Source: the human T2T-CHM13v2.0 reference genome, Homo sapiens. From it: a DNA stretch of 64,000 nucleotides. Shown here piece after piece: positions 60,701 through 64,000 of the stretch (within the stretch, counting starts at the first letter, position 1; each line of letters opens with the position of its first letter). The stretch lies in the NCBI RefSeq assembly GCF_009914755.1, contig NC_060933.1; one strand, given 5' to 3'. The translations under genes were made by a program, and so were the position numbers. Under the pieces are notes generated by a model. It was given only the letters and a program-made list of their open reading frames with translations, did no database searches and was not told where the DNA came from.

Positions 60701-62100
60701 CATGGGGAACAGTCAGAAGTACCACTGAGATTAAGTGGAAGAGAGAGCCAGCCTCAGCATCATGCATTCGTGTGTTCCAGTGGAACTATCCTTTCAGAGG
60801 ATGGGCTTGTGATGTCCAAAACTCTCTCCTGCTGCAAATCTCAAATGAAAGGGCTTGTAGTACAGAGCAGAGGCCCTGGCAAGATTGGAACTGGTGAAGA
60901 GCCATCAGTGGTGGCTGGTATCTTCTGACACTCCATGTAGATTCCAGGGCCTGAGCAATGTGGCATTTCTTAGTCCTTCTATGACAATGTGGTTATTAAG
61001 CTGTTAAGTAAAGACATCTGTTTGAAAGCATCTTCCCTACAATTTTTGCAGTATCAAGGAAAGTTGATTTTAGTGGATAAAGGGAATATTTTTGTCCTTG
61101 TCATTCATTCTTTAAACTATCAATCATGTATATTGATCAAAAGTCATCTAAAAACCTATGGCTTTTTAAGCAGACAATGAACAAACCAACAAACTCAGGC
61201 TCTGCTAACATTCAAGTCTGATGTTGGATGCAAAGATCTGGAGTTGAACCCTTGGCATGGAGATGCTCTAAGGAGATGCCACCTTCTCACATTATATGAG
61301 ACCAATCAATGCCTTGCTTCTCCTGTCCAGCTTTCCCAGCACCCACTTTGTTCTCCACTCACCAGAGTGCATCTCCAGGAATGAAAGCTTCATCATCTCA
61401 TGGCCAGTTTATGGCAGCATCTTCCTAGCTGGTCTCCCTCCTTTTGGACCTTCTACCCTTTTTTAATCCTACACTTGACTAATTGCCTTATTAATTAACT
61501 TTAAATTCCTATTTTCTTCTGTTACCTCACTATTAAAGGAACAGAAGTTCATGCTTTTCTAATCAAGTTGTAGGAATGAATTCATCTGCCTCTTACGTGT
61601 GAGACTTTGGACACATAACTTAATTTTCGTGGGCCTTAGTTTGTTCATGAATTTAAAAATCCAAGTGTGGCTATTGGACTAGATGGTCAAATTCTTCATG
61701 GTTTGAAGTATGTGGCTGGGCTAGAGCTCCATTCCAATCCTGAAATTCTGTTGCTGTGCTCCCCTCCAGAGCCTACTTCCAATCCTAGTAATATAGCCAT
61801 TGAGCTTCAGTACTCTGATGTGTCAAGTTAGGATAATCTGCACCTATCTTGGGGGTTGTTTGAAAATTTAATTCAGTTAATGTTGCTTAGCACTGCTGCC
61901 TGGCACATCATTTCCCTTCTTTCTTCCCTCCTGGTGCTGTAGGTACCCCCAACCCCAACAGGTTAGGACCACCTGCTTGCCAAGCACAGCCTTGCCTTTT
62001 TCTGTTTAATATTGTGGCTCAATCATCCTAGCAAGACAAGCCATCTGCGACCCTCCATAGAAATATTTTCCTGTCTCCAGCCTCTGTAGTCTTTGTTCTT

Positions 62101-62105
<5 letters not shown>

Positions 62106-62135
<30 letters not shown>
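62106..62135. repeat. (TG)n microsatellite
   Basis: Seen directly. Confidence 0.95.
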
Positions 62136-62138
<3 letters not shown>

Positions 62139-62932
62139 GTTTATTTATTCATTTTTAAATGTCTCACCTTTTCCTTTATATCAATTCAAGCTGAAAACTT
62201 GGCCTAAAACTCCTTTAGAAAAGAATCTCCAAATATTTTGATCTTTGAGCTTTAACTTTCTGGGAATCTAGGCTCAGAGGTAGATGTATTTTTCCCATTT
62301 CTGATTTTTTTCTTTCACACTTTGGGAACTCAATACACATGATGAGTAAACAGATGAATTCTGAAAAGCAGCCTCCTTTACCATTAACAACTACACAACT
62401 CCTATTCTAGACACAAGTGCTGATACTGGCACACATATGACATTCATTTCCTATAGGCACTTCTGCCCTGACTTTGCCTCTCATTCTGTTAGCAGACAGT
62501 TTGTGTCTGGTCTGTTTACCCAATTGAAAAGAGCAGGATCCGCATCTGTCTCAGTCGCTGATGGGCTACAACGTTCAACCACAGCGCCTGGCAAGGAGTA
62601 GGCATTTAGGAATATGTGGATTGAATGAATGGTTGCTAGGGAGTATGGTGGCCTCTTAATTTTATGCTGGGCTCATCCCAGTGCGCGCACGTGGGAACTT
62701 CACAAAAGTTATTTCATGAGCACAGCGCTGAATCCCCTTATCCTACGGAGTTTACTGAAGTGGGGCCAGTTCTCCGCCTCTTTTAACTTTACTGCCAAGG
62801 CAGGAGAGGGGTGGAGTGGCCTGGAAGACAGTTGGAAGGAGGGTGGGAGATTTGCTTTCTTACAAAGATGCTTTGGGAGACTGGATCTATAGCGCCAAAT
62901 TTTCAGGAAGAAATGATCCTGAGTCCCAATGG

Positions 62933-62980
62933 CAAAAAAAACAAAAACAAAAACAAAAAACAAAACAAAACAAAACAAAA
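62933..62980. repeat. (CAAAA/CAAAAA)n
   Basis: Seen directly. Confidence 0.95.
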
Positions 62981-63099
62981 CCCCACAAAACCTGCAGCCG
63001 AGCTCAGTGTGTATCTTCTGTTAAAGAGACAGCCTGAAAGCCTCCTGTGTACTGAGAGCGTGGTCCAAACCAGAGAAGGGGGCGCCCTAGCTTGCCCCC

Positions 63100-64000
63100 A
63101 GCAAGCCATTAGTACAGGAAGACAATCAGCGAAGTCAACCTCACTGAACCCACTTCTTGGGCTCCCTGTGCCCGACGCTGGCTTCTGGTTCACGGCGTGC
63201 CTACCCAGCTGTCGTGGGTCCCCGTCACTCCCGGGCGCATGTTGCAAAACAAATCAACTCCATGGGAAAAGCTCCATGAGCGCCCAGGGGACAAGTCCCC
63301 ACGGACAAACATGTCATAACGATTTCAGTTTTGTCCCATTACGTGAGGTTGTAAGTTTCTTCATCATTCCCCCCTCCCAACAAGCACAAAATCGTCCCCA
63401 GCCCCTGGAGCATCTTGCGGGGCTCCCAGGTCAGCAACAGCACTCGGAGCTCCGAGCTCCAGGGAAAGCGCTCAGGGAATGGCTCCTAGGACTGGTTCCT
63501 GGGAAAGCGCCAGCGTCCAGGGAGAGATTTCCTTCTCCAAGGGCCGGCAGGGTGGCATTCCAAGCGCGAGCAAGGTGGGCAGTGAGCGATCCTCCCTTTA
63601 AAAAAGAATAAATAAATAGAAGCCAGCGCGCAGCCCCGCTCGGGTTTCCCGAAGCGCACACCGCTGTCGCTGCCGGGGCGGCTGGATGTCTGCGCTCCCC
63701 GCCTCCGCTGGGCTGACACGGGAGGGGAGGAGCAGGAGCTGGAGGGGTGTTGGGGGTGGGGGGAGCGCGAACCATCTCGAGCCAAGACAAGCAGCACATT
63801 CACAAATAACGCCCCCACCCCCAGCGCACGCGCTCCCATTCAAAGCAGACCCGCTCCGCGGCCGCACTGAAGCTCCAAAGCCGCGCCGCCTGCCCCAGCG
63901 CAGCTCTGTCTCGTGGGGCGCACGCCCGAGCCCGCCTGCCGGCCGCCGCCGCGGAGCCACCGCAATCAGCCCAGGAGGCGGCCACCTCTTCGAGGGAGGG
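63100..64000. promoter_or_regulatory. CpG island / promoter region, continuing beyond the window
   Basis: Sharp rise in GC and CpG content, very dense after 63500; CGCC-rich runs; TCF/SOX-like CATTCAAAG near 63837. Confidence 0.9.

Noticed and set aside
62811-63611. 266-aa plus-strand ORF, the longest in the track
   Set aside because: GTG start, runs through a (CAAAA)n repeat and the GC-rich island edge where stops are rare; no recognisable domain.
63431-63985. Overlapping minus-strand ORFs in the CpG island
   Set aside because: Open in several frames because of GC content; low-complexity translations.
63100-64000. Naming the gene served by the CpG island
   Set aside because: No coding exon lies in the window and I do not reliably recognise the sequence.

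Overview
Primate, almost certainly human, genomic DNA: it carries a human-specific AluYb8 insertion. The window is AT-rich and dense in repeats (Alu, L1M, L2, MIR, MaLR and ERV1 LTRs) and ends in a CpG island from about 63.1 kb, whose gene I cannot name. There is no intact protein-coding gene; the ORF track is mostly repeat-derived or chance. The main signal is in the repeat-free islands between about 5.8 and 58.7 kb, which contain more than 20 exon-like segments on the minus strand. Most have AG acceptors behind pyrimidine-rich tracts and GT donors. Many have lengths divisible by 3 (39, 63, 90, 96, 114, 153, 981 nt), neighbouring exons match in phase, and translations are protein-like but broken by TGA/TAA/TAG stops and small indels. 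I infer the fossil of one large, or two adjacent, multi-exon genes (an unprocessed, possibly unitary, pseudogene). One module begins MGNLFC, a possible myristoylation motif. AluJ and MSTA insertions in the apparent exons suggest the gene was lost early in primate evolution or before. The reconstruction is manual and needs cross-species alignment to confirm. Repeat subfamily names come from recall of consensus sequences, not from a search.
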